Shown piece after piece: positions 21,378 through 31,285 of a stretch of DNA of 64,000 bases (positions are counted from its first letter, which is position 1; the number at the start of each line of letters is the position of its first letter). The position numbers and the translations under genes were made by a program. Source of the DNA: Gelidibacter maritimus (GTDB taxonomy: Bacteria > Bacteroidota > Bacteroidia > Flavobacteriales > Flavobacteriaceae); NCBI RefSeq assembly GCF_014062315.1, contig NZ_JACGLT010000003.1, positions 133,163 to 197,162 of the forward strand, read 5' to 3'. The notes under the pieces were generated by a model. It was not told where the DNA came from, did not search any database, and saw only the letters and a list, made by a program, of their open reading frames with translations.

Positions 21378-23789
21378 ATGAGATTTTTATTTTTGATAAG
21401 TGTGTTCCTCTTCATTTTTGCCAAGGGCCACTCACAGAATATTAAGATCTTAGAACCATCTACAAACCTACCCATTGCTGGGGCCGCCATTTATAATGCT
21501 TCTAAAAGTAAATCGACAATGTCAGATATTGATGGTGTTGCCAATTTAAGTCAATTTACATCAGATGAAGTGCTTTTTATTGAACATTTGCTTTATATAA
21601 GTAGCAGTTATGTCGCGGCGGACATAGCAAATAAAACAATTTATTTAAGACCAAATATTGAAGGTTTGGATGAAGTTGTGGTCTCGGCTTCAAAATTTCA
21701 ACAGAGTAAACGTGATATTCCTCAAAAAATCATCAATATCAATGCAAAGTCCATTGCTTTTTCAAATCCCCAGACCAGTGCGGATTTATTGGAAAATAGC
21801 GGCAACGTATTTATTCAAAAAAGTCAGATGGGCGGAGGAAGTCCGATGATAAGGGGATTGTCCACCAATCGACTGTTGATGACAGTAGATGGTGTACGCA
21901 TGAACAATGCCATTTTTAGAGGGGGCAATTTACAGAATGTGATTTCTATAGATCCATTTACCGTTCAGAATACTGAAGTTACCTTGGGTGCAGGTTCTGT
22001 GGTTTACGGAAGCGATGCCATTGGTGGGGTGATGAGCTTCTACACGCAAACGCCACAACTCTCTTATTCTGATTCGCTCTATTTCAAAGGACATGTTGTT
22101 GGAAGATATACCACGGCCAATAAAGAGAAAACAGGCCATTTGGACTTCAATTTAGGAATTAAAAAGTGGGCTTTTCTTACTAGTTTGAGCTATACTGATT
22201 TTGACGATTTACGAATGGGAAGTCATGGCCCCACGGACTATATCAGGCCAGAATATGTGCAGACTTCTGATGGTGTTGATAAGGTTGTACCCAATCCTGA
22301 TCCTTTAATACAAATCCCTACAGGTTATGATCAGATCAATTTTTTGCAGAAGATAAGGTATGAGCCCAAGGAGGATTGGAGCTTTGATCTGGGTTTATAT
22401 TATACTACAACCTCAGAGTATTCGAGATACGACAGATTGATTCGTTACAAAAAAGATACTTTGCGGTCGGCCGAATGGAATTATGGGCCACAGCGTTGGT
22501 TTATGGGAAATTTGCAGGTGACCAAATTGAGTAGCAACTCCAATCTTTACGATAAAATTCAATCTACAGTAGCCTATCAGAATTTTCAGGAAAGCAGAAT
22601 GGATAGGGATTTCAATAATACCAAACGGAATATCAGGGAAGAGGCGGTGGATGCACTTTCGTTCAATCTTGATCTCGAAAAACAACTTGGCAAAAGAATG
22701 GAGTTCTTCTATGGCTTGGAATACATTTACAATCAGGTCCTGTCTACCGGGATGCAAGAAGACATTCAAACAGGAATTAGCGTGCCAACAGTATCACGTT
22801 ATCCCAACGGCTCCGATTGGCAGTCTATGGCCGCCTACACAAGTCTTAAGTTTAAACCCAATCCAAAATTTGTATTGCAAACAGGTATTCGCTACAATCA
22901 TGTGATGATTCATGCTGATTTTAAAGAAAACAATGACTATCTCAAATTGCCATTTACCACGACTAAGATCAATACCGGCGCTTTTACCGGAACAGCAGGT
23001 GTCAACTGGAATCCAAACCAAACCTTAAATATGAGATTGAATGTATCATCGGCATTTAGGGCGCCTAATATTGATGATATTGGAAAAGTTTTTGATTCTG
23101 AGCCTGGAGCTGTAGTCGTACCAAATGACGATTTGAAACCTGAATATGCCTACGGACTTGAATATGGCGTCAAACTCAATTTCGAGAATGTGTTTATTTT
23201 GGACATGGCCACTTATTATACACATTTGGACAATACTTTGGTCCGTCGGGACTTTGAATTAAATGGAGCGTCCGAAATCATTTATGATGGCGAGATGAGC
23301 ACCGTACAGGCCATACAGAATGCCGCGGAATCCCGCATTTATGGTTTTGAAGTCGGAATGCAGGTCAATTTTACCAAAGCATTAAAATTGAAATCTCATT
23401 ATAATATTATCGGAGGTGAAGAGGAAGGCAATGATGGAGAAAAAAAACCATTGCGCCATGCCGCTCCACAGTTTGGAGCCACCCATCTGATATGGCAAAA
23501 CAACAAGTTCCATATTGATGGTTTTGTTAAATATAATGCGGAATTGTCTTATAATCAATTAGCGCCTTCCGAACAAAATAAAGATTATATCTACGCATTG
23601 GATGCCAATTCTAACCCCTATTCACCGTCATGGTACACACTGAATTTAAGGACCCAATATGAATTTAGTGATGCGCTATCTCTAACGGCAAGTTTGGAAA
23701 ATATTACCGACCAACGCTATAGACCATACTCTTCGGGAATTGCAGCCCCTGGGCGCAATTTGATTGTGGCTATAAAATATACGCTTTAA
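21378..23789 (+). CDS. TonB-dependent receptor with N-terminal carboxypeptidase-regulatory-like domain
   Basis: Signal peptide, CarbopepD_reg-like segment, plug motifs (DEVVVSASKFQQS, GGSPMIRG), and a long beta-barrel. Confidence 0.85.
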   Translation: MRFLFLISVFLFIFAKGHSQNIKILEPSTNLPIAGAAIYNASKSKSTMSDIDGVANLSQFTSDEVLFIEHLLYISSSYVAADIANKTIYLRPNIEGLDEVVVSASKFQQSKRDIPQKIININAKSIAFSNPQTSADLLENSGNVFIQKSQMGGGSPMIRGLSTNRLLMTVDGVRMNNAIFRGGNLQNVISIDPFTVQNTEVTLGAGSVVYGSDAIGGVMSFYTQTPQLSYSDSLYFKGHVVGRYTTANKEKTGHLDFNLGIKKWAFLTSLSYTDFDDLRMGSHGPTDYIRPEYVQTSDGVDKVVPNPDPLIQIPTGYDQINFLQKIRYEPKEDWSFDLGLYYTTTSEYSRYDRLIRYKKDTLRSAEWNYGPQRWFMGNLQVTKLSSNSNLYDKIQSTVAYQNFQESRMDRDFNNTKRNIREEAVDALSFNLDLEKQLGKRMEFFYGLEYIYNQVLSTGMQEDIQTGISVPTVSRYPNGSDWQSMAAYTSLKFKPNPKFVLQTGIRYNHVMIHADFKENNDYLKLPFTTTKINTGAFTGTAGVNWNPNQTLNMRLNVSSAFRAPNIDDIGKVFDSEPGAVVVPNDDLKPEYAYGLEYGVKLNFENVFILDMATYYTHLDNTLVRRDFELNGASEIIYDGEMSTVQAIQNAAESRIYGFEVGMQVNFTKALKLKSHYNIIGGEEEGNDGEKKPLRHAAPQFGATHLIWQNNKFHIDGFVKYNAELSYNQLAPSEQNKDYIYALDANSNPYSPSWYTLNLRTQYEFSDALSLTASLENITDQRYRPYSSGIAAPGRNLIVAIKYTL

Positions 23790-23862
23790 GAGTTAAGACT
23801 TTAGATTCAAGAACCAAGAACCAAGACGGTTCAATTGAATGCCAAACTCGAAACTTGAAAGC

Positions 23863-26800
23863 TCAGAACCCAGAACTTAAAACAAAACGTTTGGAAATTA
23901 TTTGTCCGTTGGAGAGTTTGACACGGGCGATATAAGCGGCTTGACTTAAGCTGTTGAGGTCATAGATTTCAGTGGCTTTACTCCCTTTTAAATAATTAAG
24001 AGTTCTACCCATTACATCTATAATTTCAACGGATTTAATGTTGAGGTTTTGCCCAACAGAAAATTCGACATGCCCGTTTCTCCGTTCAATGATTGAGACT
24101 TCATTTGTATCTAAAATATAATCAGAGATAGATAGGGTTTGACTTTTAAAAACAATAACGAAACGATCATTGAATTCGCCAGTTTCTGAAGTGAAATGAT
24201 AATCGGACACTGATAAATTATGATGAATATTCAGTAAATTATCCTTTAGAAAGAGTTCATTGTCATCAAAAAACTGACCTTGCAGTTGGGCAACGGACAA
24301 TGAATATAGGGTTGGCTGTGTTATGGAGGTTTTAAATCCGATAGATACTTCTTCATCCGAAGATAAGCTGGAAACAGCTTTGCCTTGAATGGCATATTTC
24401 TTATTGCTATCTGTGATTTCTGTGTAGATAATAGCGCCCAATCCCGTTGAACGGTTACGTTCAGCATCATAGGCAAATCCATCAACGCCATCAGTTGCGC
24501 CTTCTACGTAAGCCACTAAGATTTGATTAAAGATGCCATTATCTGAGGTAAGGTTGATCCAGAATTTATTAGGTACATCAGAAGGAGCATTTCTAAAAAA
24601 CTGAGAGTTGCTAGTAGCGTCTGCCATTCTCATGGAATTTTTGAAGGTCAGTGTGCCACCGTCATGAATTCCAATTACAAAAAAGCCTTGGCCCGAAGGA
24701 ATGAAGTCAGAAGGCATTTCGTCTTTGCCCCCTGCTATGTTTCCGCTTCCAACCGTAATGATGGCGTAATCATTTCTATTAAAGTTGAGCACTTGATTAC
24801 CTGGATTGCTTGCTAAAGGTGGACTCGCTTGAGACCAAAGATAAGCGGCACCAGAGATGACATCAGAATTCTGACTATGAACGAGTTTATAATCAATAGC
24901 AGATGGGTAAGGATTACCAATAAAATTCCAGTCATTATCGGTTGCAATGGTATTGGTATGAATGGTGACAGAAATATTTCCGTTATTGAATTCACCATTA
25001 AAAGTCGTTGTATCAATCCTTGGGAAAGTTCCAGAATTGTTTGAAGTGGATGCATAGCCTACTCCCGGAATCATCCGTCCGGTAGCCAACTGCCAATCGT
25101 CGCCATTATCATCTACGTCGTCACCATTGGTATCTTCATAGTTGGCTGCCTCAAAATAAAACCGTCTGCTGGGAGAAGCCATGCTCAATACAGATTCGAC
25201 GGTTTCATTGGTCACGGGTGAACTCCAATAGGTATAATCATACCAATTTTGTTTTTCTGCTGTATGTTTTCTCACGCGCGCGGAAGCTGGTATTTCCAAT
25301 GTGAAGGTTCCTGCATTTGCATCGTCACCACGCTGAATAAATGCTGCATTACTATCGACAAAGATGTCTCCAAAATTTGTAGGCGAATTGCCTTTGACAA
25401 GCACATCGGTAATGACTTCTACGTAATAATCTTCTGTGATATCTAAGGTAAATCCGGAATTGACCACAAGATTACAGGCCGTAAAACTTCCCGAGGTGGG
25501 ACTTGTTGTGTAATTCCCGTTAATAATTGCCGTGGTATTTTGGTCTGGAATTGATGGATTCCAAGTGAAACCATCCCAAGTGGTTTGATTGAGTTTTAAT
25601 CTTACGGCATTGCTCGCCGAATAGCATGTGGCATTGTTCTCACGGATTTGTACGTAATATTGATAACCGTCCAAATCAAGAGTACTTAAGATATTTAAAT
25701 GGTCAGATTGTTGACCGGAGTAGTCAAGATTGGTCGCAAATATCTCAACCCAATTTGCGGTTCCAGGAGCATTATAATACCACTGATAGGTCAAGGGATG
25801 TCCACCTGGAACACCTTCAACACCCGAGACAGTCAATGTTGCATTCAAAACACAACTTGAGCTTGGTGCCATTGGTTGAAGGGTAACCAAAGGCGATGCA
25901 CCGCCTGAAAAATCAAAATGTCCAATATCTGAGTAGTCGTTTGTAGGGCAGGAGCTGGGGCCTGAACCTACCCAGTCAATAACATTCCAATCGCTCAAAT
26001 TAAAAATTGGATTCGGTAGGAGCAACGCTGTATTCAGTCGTCTAAAGTTAAAGCCACGGTCACCGGTAATCAAGGTAGCATCCATCCAAGTATTATCCAT
26101 GTAAACCCCAAATTCATCCACAACTTCTGTTCCGTTGGACTTTAATAATCGGATAACATCGTGTTCATTATCTTTTTTGTTGATGCCGCTAATAAGAGTG
26201 CTTGTTAGTGCCGCAAATTGACCATTTCCACCATCTTGTGGACAAGAGTTTGAATTGGTCGGATTTGCAGCAGCTCCAATGGCTACAACATAGGTTGAAT
26301 TGTTTGCTAAAGCGACATCTTGAAGTGGAATTGTACTAGTAGGATCGCTTGATCCATTGTTATAAATACCTAAAGAGTACTCTCCCAGTGGCACCGAGAC
26401 ACCGGTACCATTATAGATTTCTATATAACTTAATCCGCCTACCGTAGCGTCAGTAACCTCGCTGATAAATAGGTCGGAAAGCGCGGCGCTTCCTTCGCAT
26501 CCTCCAACTTGGCTGTCTATAATGGTAAAGGGAATTGAACTTGTACATCCAATACTGTTCACAACTACAATATGGCCTGTTGCCGCATTTTCTGGAATGG
26601 TCACTTCAATAGAAGTCGAATTAATTAGTGTGGTTGCCATAACAATGCCGTTCATACTTGCGGAAGTAGCGCCGTCAAAATTGGTTCCGGTTACGGTAAC
26701 GATGGTTCCTGTAGGGCCATGTATTGGACTTGCCATATGGCTTGTAGTGATGCAAAGTCCTGTCCCTCTAATGGCGAAAGTATAAGGATTTTCATCACTG

Positions 26801-28416
26801 TCGTTGTTGACTATGGAGACGATTGCGTTTCTTACCCCAGCTGCCAAAGGAGAGAATTCAATTTCTAAAATTGAAAATGTCCCAGGAAAGATTGTTGCTG
26901 TTGGATGAACAGTGATGGTAAAGTCGTCAGGATTGGCGCCTATTATACTCACGCTTGGCACAGAGAGATCTAAATTGCCAAGGTTCAGAATTCTGTAAGA
27001 TTTAGACTGTGATGCCCCTACGTATTGCGCCGCAAACAGTGTATTTCTTAAACTAAAAGGTGACATGTCGCCATTGACGATCTCTAAAAAAGGATGGACG
27101 TTGGCCTCAACTCTAATTTCAGGAGCCATAACATTCAATACCCCTGAAACATAAGTGTTCCCATCCCAAAAGTTACCTGCTGATCCATCTTCCAGAATAC
27201 CACCATATAACCAAATCCCACCATTCAATCGAAAACGGGTGGCGTAGTAGTAGGTTCCAGGACTAGTGATAGCAGCACCTAAATTAGCGCTGTACTCATC
27301 ATTCTGTCCATCGTTACAGTCAAAGCAAGCTGCATTATAAGTGGCAGGAATCCAATCGGTCCAGGTATTCGGATTTGAATTGGTAAGACTATAGCCTATC
27401 TCTGCAATAATGCCCAGGCCTTGTCCAGCACCGGGAGTGATGCCCTGTTCATACACTTGTCCATAGACATCAAAAGCTTCCCCTAAGTTAATGGTCCCAA
27501 TACCTGGGAATTGCAGATTGCAGAAATCGACGGTATCGACACTTAATTCGCCGCTTTGGTTGGAAGTTCCATTCCAAAAGCCACCGCCAGTTTCACTATA
27601 ACCACCATAACGGTATGGACCACCATCCAATTGAAATCGGCTGGCGTAATAATAAGTGCCTGACGGCAATGTTGGCCCGATGTTGGCAACATACTCATGG
27701 TTATTACCTGTTTGTGTGCTATAAGTAGCGGGCAGCCAAGTCCAATCAGGTGAATTAGGGTTGTTGTTCACAGTGTTATAGCCAATCCAAGCATTCATCC
27801 CAGAATCTGGTCCCGCTGTTTCCGTAACGCCTGCCTTGTAAACTTGGGCATAGACACTAAATCCGGTCCCAACCGTAATATTTCCATTTTGGGGAGATTG
27901 CAGATTACAGTAGTCTACTGTGACTGTTGATGCCGCAGTCCATGAAATGTCATCAATAACAACCTGATATGGGGTGATGTTTCTTATTTCTATGATGACA
28001 TCGCCAGTGATATTGATGGCGTTGACTGTGAAAGTTTGTACTGTTGTATTGTCCCAAGTTATAGAAGTGCCCTGAGAAATGCCGTTGACAAATAGTTCAA
28101 CTTGTCTGTTTCCAGATCCAGTAAATCCTTTTAAAAGTCGGCAAGAAAAACTACCGATGCCATTGGGTACCGAAGAAGAAGTAATTCGACTTTGGTCTGA
28201 AATTCGTCTCAACATTAAGCCGCTTCCTGTGATAGGAAAACCTCCTTCGTTGCGAGACTGAACATAGGTCCAGGTTAATCCGTTATCACCAAGAAAAACG
28301 CCGTCAGAATAAGATGCAGAGGCATTAGAATTCGTGAAACTCTCTGAGCCTTGCCCATACCCGGACAGACCAATGCATAAAAATGCTACCAATAAGAGGG
28401 CGTATTTTTTAATCAT
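23863..28416 (-). CDS. giant T9SS-secreted multidomain cell-surface protein (tandem 129-aa repeats, choice-of-anchor-D domain, IPT/TIG, lamin-tail domain, T9SS CTD)
   Basis: Signal peptide. Two tandem repeats each beginning CNLQ (residues 170-298 and 299-428). Choice-of-anchor-D-like segment (ANPDDFTI...SPLAAGV..NDSDENPYTF). IPT/TIG segment (GPTGTIVTVTGTNF). Lamin-tail-domain-like segment (LFISEV...IEIYNGTG). C-terminal T9SS sorting domain (AYIARVKLSNGQIISKRFVL). Confidence 0.8.
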   Translation of the reverse strand: MIKKYALLLVAFLCIGLSGYGQGSESFTNSNASASYSDGVFLGDNGLTWTYVQSRNEGGFPITGSGLMLRRISDQSRITSSSVPNGIGSFSCRLLKGFTGSGNRQVELFVNGISQGTSITWDNTTVQTFTVNAINITGDVIIEIRNITPYQVVIDDISWTAASTVTVDYCNLQSPQNGNITVGTGFSVYAQVYKAGVTETAGPDSGMNAWIGYNTVNNNPNSPDWTWLPATYSTQTGNNHEYVANIGPTLPSGTYYYASRFQLDGGPYRYGGYSETGGGFWNGTSNQSGELSVDTVDFCNLQFPGIGTINLGEAFDVYGQVYEQGITPGAGQGLGIIAEIGYSLTNSNPNTWTDWIPATYNAACFDCNDGQNDEYSANLGAAITSPGTYYYATRFRLNGGIWLYGGILEDGSAGNFWDGNTYVSGVLNVMAPEIRVEANVHPFLEIVNGDMSPFSLRNTLFAAQYVGASQSKSYRILNLGNLDLSVPSVSIIGANPDDFTITVHPTATIFPGTFSILEIEFSPLAAGVRNAIVSIVNNDSDENPYTFAIRGTGLCITTSHMASPIHGPTGTIVTVTGTNFDGATSASMNGIVMATTLINSTSIEVTIPENAATGHIVVVNSIGCTSSIPFTIIDSQVGGCEGSAALSDLFISEVTDATVGGLSYIEIYNGTGVSVPLGEYSLGIYNNGSSDPTSTIPLQDVALANNSTYVVAIGAAANPTNSNSCPQDGGNGQFAALTSTLISGINKKDNEHDVIRLLKSNGTEVVDEFGVYMDNTWMDATLITGDRGFNFRRLNTALLLPNPIFNLSDWNVIDWVGSGPSSCPTNDYSDIGHFDFSGGASPLVTLQPMAPSSSCVLNATLTVSGVEGVPGGHPLTYQWYYNAPGTANWVEIFATNLDYSGQQSDHLNILSTLDLDGYQYYVQIRENNATCYSASNAVRLKLNQTTWDGFTWNPSIPDQNTTAIINGNYTTSPTSGSFTACNLVVNSGFTLDITEDYYVEVITDVLVKGNSPTNFGDIFVDSNAAFIQRGDDANAGTFTLEIPASARVRKHTAEKQNWYDYTYWSSPVTNETVESVLSMASPSRRFYFEAANYEDTNGDDVDDNGDDWQLATGRMIPGVGYASTSNNSGTFPRIDTTTFNGEFNNGNISVTIHTNTIATDNDWNFIGNPYPSAIDYKLVHSQNSDVISGAAYLWSQASPPLASNPGNQVLNFNRNDYAIITVGSGNIAGGKDEMPSDFIPSGQGFFVIGIHDGGTLTFKNSMRMADATSNSQFFRNAPSDVPNKFWINLTSDNGIFNQILVAYVEGATDGVDGFAYDAERNRSTGLGAIIYTEITDSNKKYAIQGKAVSSLSSDEEVSIGFKTSITQPTLYSLSVAQLQGQFFDDNELFLKDNLLNIHHNLSVSDYHFTSETGEFNDRFVIVFKSQTLSISDYILDTNEVSIIERRNGHVEFSVGQNLNIKSVEIIDVMGRTLNYLKGSKATEIYDLNSLSQAAYIARVKLSNGQIISKRFVLSSGF
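27133..27909 (-). repeat. two tandem 387-bp (129-codon) intragenic repeats within the adhesin gene
   Basis: Protein repeats aligned by eye (CNLQSPQNGNI...YYYASRFQLDGG // CNLQFPGIGTI...YYYATRFRLNGG). They are divergent at the nucleotide level. Confidence 0.7.
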
Positions 28417-28517
28417 GAGAAAAATTAATTAATACGTATTGCTAACACAGATCACCAAATATAAGCTAAAATGTCTTACGTTCAACAAGTTACAATTTAT
28501 TAGGAATTATAAAATAG

Positions 28518-29003
28518 TTGTTATTTTTGCATATGTTTTCGAAAAAAACCTATACCGTCGATGAAGCTTTAAAAAGGATGGAACGCTATTGCAGTTATCA
28601 AGAGCGCTGTCATAAGGAAGTCATCCAAAAACTACGAGGCATGGACATGATTCCTGAGGCCATTGACCATATTGTGGTAAAATTGATGCAAGACAATTTT
28701 CTAAGTGAAGAACGCTACGCCAAAGCTTTCGTCAGTGGGAAATTCAGGATAAAAAAATGGGGGAAACTGCGTTTGACGCGTGAGCTTAGACAAAAGGATA
28801 TCGGAAAAACTCTTATTAACATGGCGCTTCAAACCATAACCGATCAAGAGTATATGGAAACTTTCCATGCGCTTGCGGAAAAAAAGGCAGAAAGTATTAA
28901 GGAAACCAACGTTTTAAAGAAAAAGAAAAAATTGGCAGATTACCTTTTTTATAGAGGGTGGGAAAGCCATTTGGTGTATGATAAGGTGAATGAGGTGTTT
29001 TAG
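28518..29003 (+). CDS. recX: regulatory protein RecX
   Basis: YCSYQERC motif and three helical repeats. Length 161 aa. Confidence 0.85.
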   Translation: MLFLHMFSKKTYTVDEALKRMERYCSYQERCHKEVIQKLRGMDMIPEAIDHIVVKLMQDNFLSEERYAKAFVSGKFRIKKWGKLRLTRELRQKDIGKTLINMALQTITDQEYMETFHALAEKKAESIKETNVLKKKKKLADYLFYRGWESHLVYDKVNEVF

Positions 29004-29450
29004 GCAGGAGGCATGAGGCATGAGGCATGAGGTATTGGGGTTTGTGGTGAGAGACGATTAGCGATTAACGATTGGAGATTTTTTGAATATCGAATGATGA
29101 ATGATGAATATCGAATGATGAAGTTTGAATGATGTCCCTGACAATCCAAACTACTCATGCAAGATCACATGGTTCAAAAGTATCTGCGAAAATCTGCGTA
29201 ATCCGCGGGAATCATTTCTGAATTTAAAGATATGAGTGATGAGAAAATCGCGAAGCTTGATTGACGATTAGCGATTAACGATTGAAGATTTTTGATTTTT
29301 GGATGACGAATAATGAATGACGATTAACGATTGAAGATTTTTGACAACCAACAACCAACAAACCGACAACAGACAACAGACAACAGCCAACCCACAACAG
29401 CCAACCCACAACCCACAACAAAAAAAAACTGCATCATTCCGAAGAACCAT
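29004..29450. repeat. repeat-dense intergenic region: (GGCATGAGG)x3, three copies of a ~27-bp unit GACGATTA(GCGATTA)ACGATTGRAGATTTTTG, GAATGATGA-type and CAACMRA-type microsatellites
   Basis: Read directly. The unit copies are at about 29053, 29262 and 29319. The (CAACAGA/CCAACCCACAA)n tract runs 29344-29422. (GGCATGAGG)x3 is at 29010-29033. Confidence 0.85.
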
Positions 29451-29479
29451 ACAGTTTTAAATATATATTAAATTATCGA

Positions 29480-29971
29480 TTATAAGTTGAAAGAGGCACC
29501 AAGATTAAGCACAAATTGGTTGTAGATATAATGCGCAGGATTGGTGATGTTGGTTTTATATTTTGCAATTGGGAAAACAGCTTCTGTAAAAACCCCAAAG
29601 CCATCGGAGAAAAAGTAACGTGCGCCCACATGGCCACCAAAATTTTTCAAACTCAAGTTCAAACCTGGGTAAACGTCAAAGTTATCGTCAACATTCAAAA
29701 CGCTTCCTAAATGGGCATTGAATCGGCCTTTAATATCAAAACGGTCTCCAAAATTCGCGTTCAATTCCTCTCTCACCCCTAAAGCGTATGCTCCTGTAAT
29801 ACCCACAGAGATGTTTTCGCCAAGGCCATAATCATAGCTCACGTCAATTCCAGTTGCCTTATCTTGGAAGTTGGCTCCAATTTGGAATTTATTATCAGTA
29901 TTTCCTATAAAGGCTTGGGCATTTGCAAAGGAAAAGCTTAAGACGCATAAGATTACAAATAGATTTTTCAT
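29480..29971 (-). CDS. small outer-membrane beta-barrel protein (OmpW/porin-like)
   Basis: Signal peptide FANAQA. Alternating beta-strand pattern with glycines. Confidence 0.55.
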   Translation of the reverse strand: MKNLFVILCVLSFSFANAQAFIGNTDNKFQIGANFQDKATGIDVSYDYGLGENISVGITGAYALGVREELNANFGDRFDIKGRFNAHLGSVLNVDDNFDVYPGLNLSLKNFGGHVGARYFFSDGFGVFTEAVFPIAKYKTNITNPAHYIYNQFVLNLGASFNL

Positions 29972-30036
29972 GGTAAAAGATTTGTATTTAATTTTCGGGC
30001 AAAGATAACTATGTTTTTTAATAATGTGCTAAGTAT

Positions 30037-30900
30037 TTAGTCTAAACTCTTTTGTGTTCTGCTAATGGCTTTTTCGTTTTTCCAATCAATCCATTTCTGA
30101 CCTTTTAGCTTGCGCATCAACGTATCAAAATGGCGCATGATCACAATATTATAAATGGCTTTCCCAAGATTCTTAGGGTTTCTGGCAATAGCACGTAAGC
30201 TCATCGAAAAGCCGGGAGTGAGGTATTTCATATAATGCCAATAACCTTCTGGCATATACAAGACTTCGCCGTGGTTCAATTCAGTTTTATAACCTTTTGC
30301 TTTTCTAAGCGCTGGCCATTTGTCCAAATCAGGATTTGAGAAATCAATATCCTCACGGGTAATCAAGGAATGCGGGATTTTATAGAGGTAGTCATTTTGC
30401 TTCTGGTCAAATAATATGCACAACTTTTTTCCTTCAAAATGAAAATGGAAAATATTGGCCAAATCAATATCATAATGCATAAATGTATGCGAATTCTCCC
30501 CGCCAAAAAATAGCATTGGCAAGCCTTTCATCAGTTTTAAACCAAAATCCGGATAGGAATAGTCCTTTTGTAGCTGTGGAACTTCCTTTAACGCATTCCA
30601 TAAAAAAATCCTGAACTTCGTAGGTTCACGTTTCAAAAGATCAATATAATCTGCCATTTTCATCGTGGCATGTGGCTCATTAAAACCGTCCTCATGATGC
30701 ACTGGCCGATCATCATATAATGGTACAACTTTGTCTCCGGCAATGTCCTTAATATAATTCAGGCGCCACTTTTCATAGGCGGGCCAATCTTCAATAAAGC
30801 GCTCAATCACCACAGGCTTTTGAGGCTTGAAATAATGGTTTATAAAATCCTCTTTGGTAATGGTCTTTACACGAGGGATGTCTTGTAGGTCTAGTGCCAA
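30037..30900 (-). CDS. cupin-like / JmjC-domain (Cupin_8) protein
   Basis: HTFMHYD...H pattern (HxD...H 2-oxoglutarate/Fe facial triad) and WPAYEKW. Architecture matches the cupin-like domain family. Confidence 0.6.
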   Translation of the reverse strand: MALDLQDIPRVKTITKEDFINHYFKPQKPVVIERFIEDWPAYEKWRLNYIKDIAGDKVVPLYDDRPVHHEDGFNEPHATMKMADYIDLLKREPTKFRIFLWNALKEVPQLQKDYSYPDFGLKLMKGLPMLFFGGENSHTFMHYDIDLANIFHFHFEGKKLCILFDQKQNDYLYKIPHSLITREDIDFSNPDLDKWPALRKAKGYKTELNHGEVLYMPEGYWHYMKYLTPGFSMSLRAIARNPKNLGKAIYNIVIMRHFDTLMRKLKGQKWIDWKNEKAISRTQKSLD

Positions 30901-31131
30901 TACATTGAGATTTAGCCTGCAAAGTTAAGCATTCGAAAAGGAATTTAAAAAAAGGAATGTTAAATGTTCGGAGTTTCATGATTAGGTGCAGTGGTGGTGT
31001 AAGCGCTCATAATTCCCATTAATAAATACGAAAAAGGAAACTTTTCTATAGATTGCATCCATTCACCACGGTCTAATCATTAGGACGTTCAGCTTTGTTA
31101 GAATATTTGATACTCGTTTTTTCCACAACGG

Positions 31132-31173
31132 CCCTCAAAAAAGAAGACCTGCCATTATTTGAAAGGCAGGTCT
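31132..31173 (-). terminator. rho-independent terminator downstream of the flotillin gene
   Basis: AGACCTGCC / GGCAGGTCT 9-bp stem, followed on the minus strand by TCTTTTTTG. Confidence 0.65.
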
Positions 31174-31285
31174 CCAATTCAATATCTTCAGGAGGCAGCG
31201 CAAGTTTAATTGACTTTAGGCCGGCGCAACCCATATTGGCAATTATCTGTTTAATACTTTATTTCTTAAAGAACTAAAAAAAGCA

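Noticed and set aside
29268-29450. 60-aa Cys-rich minus-strand ORF (…CCGLWVGCCGLAVVCC…)
   Set aside because: It lies entirely within the microsatellite/repeat tract. The Cys/Val/Leu richness is a translation artefact of the (GTTGT/GTGGG)n repeats, there is no start context, and it sits in a convergent terminator zone.
29004-29450. Possible CRISPR array
   Set aside because: The repeats are of several different kinds, irregularly spaced, partly microsatellite, with no uniform spacer lengths and no cas genes anywhere in the window.
31095-31277. 60-aa plus-strand ORF in the cupin–flotillin spacer
   Set aside because: It overlaps the flotillin terminator hairpin and has no start context or conservation signal. 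It is likely spurious.
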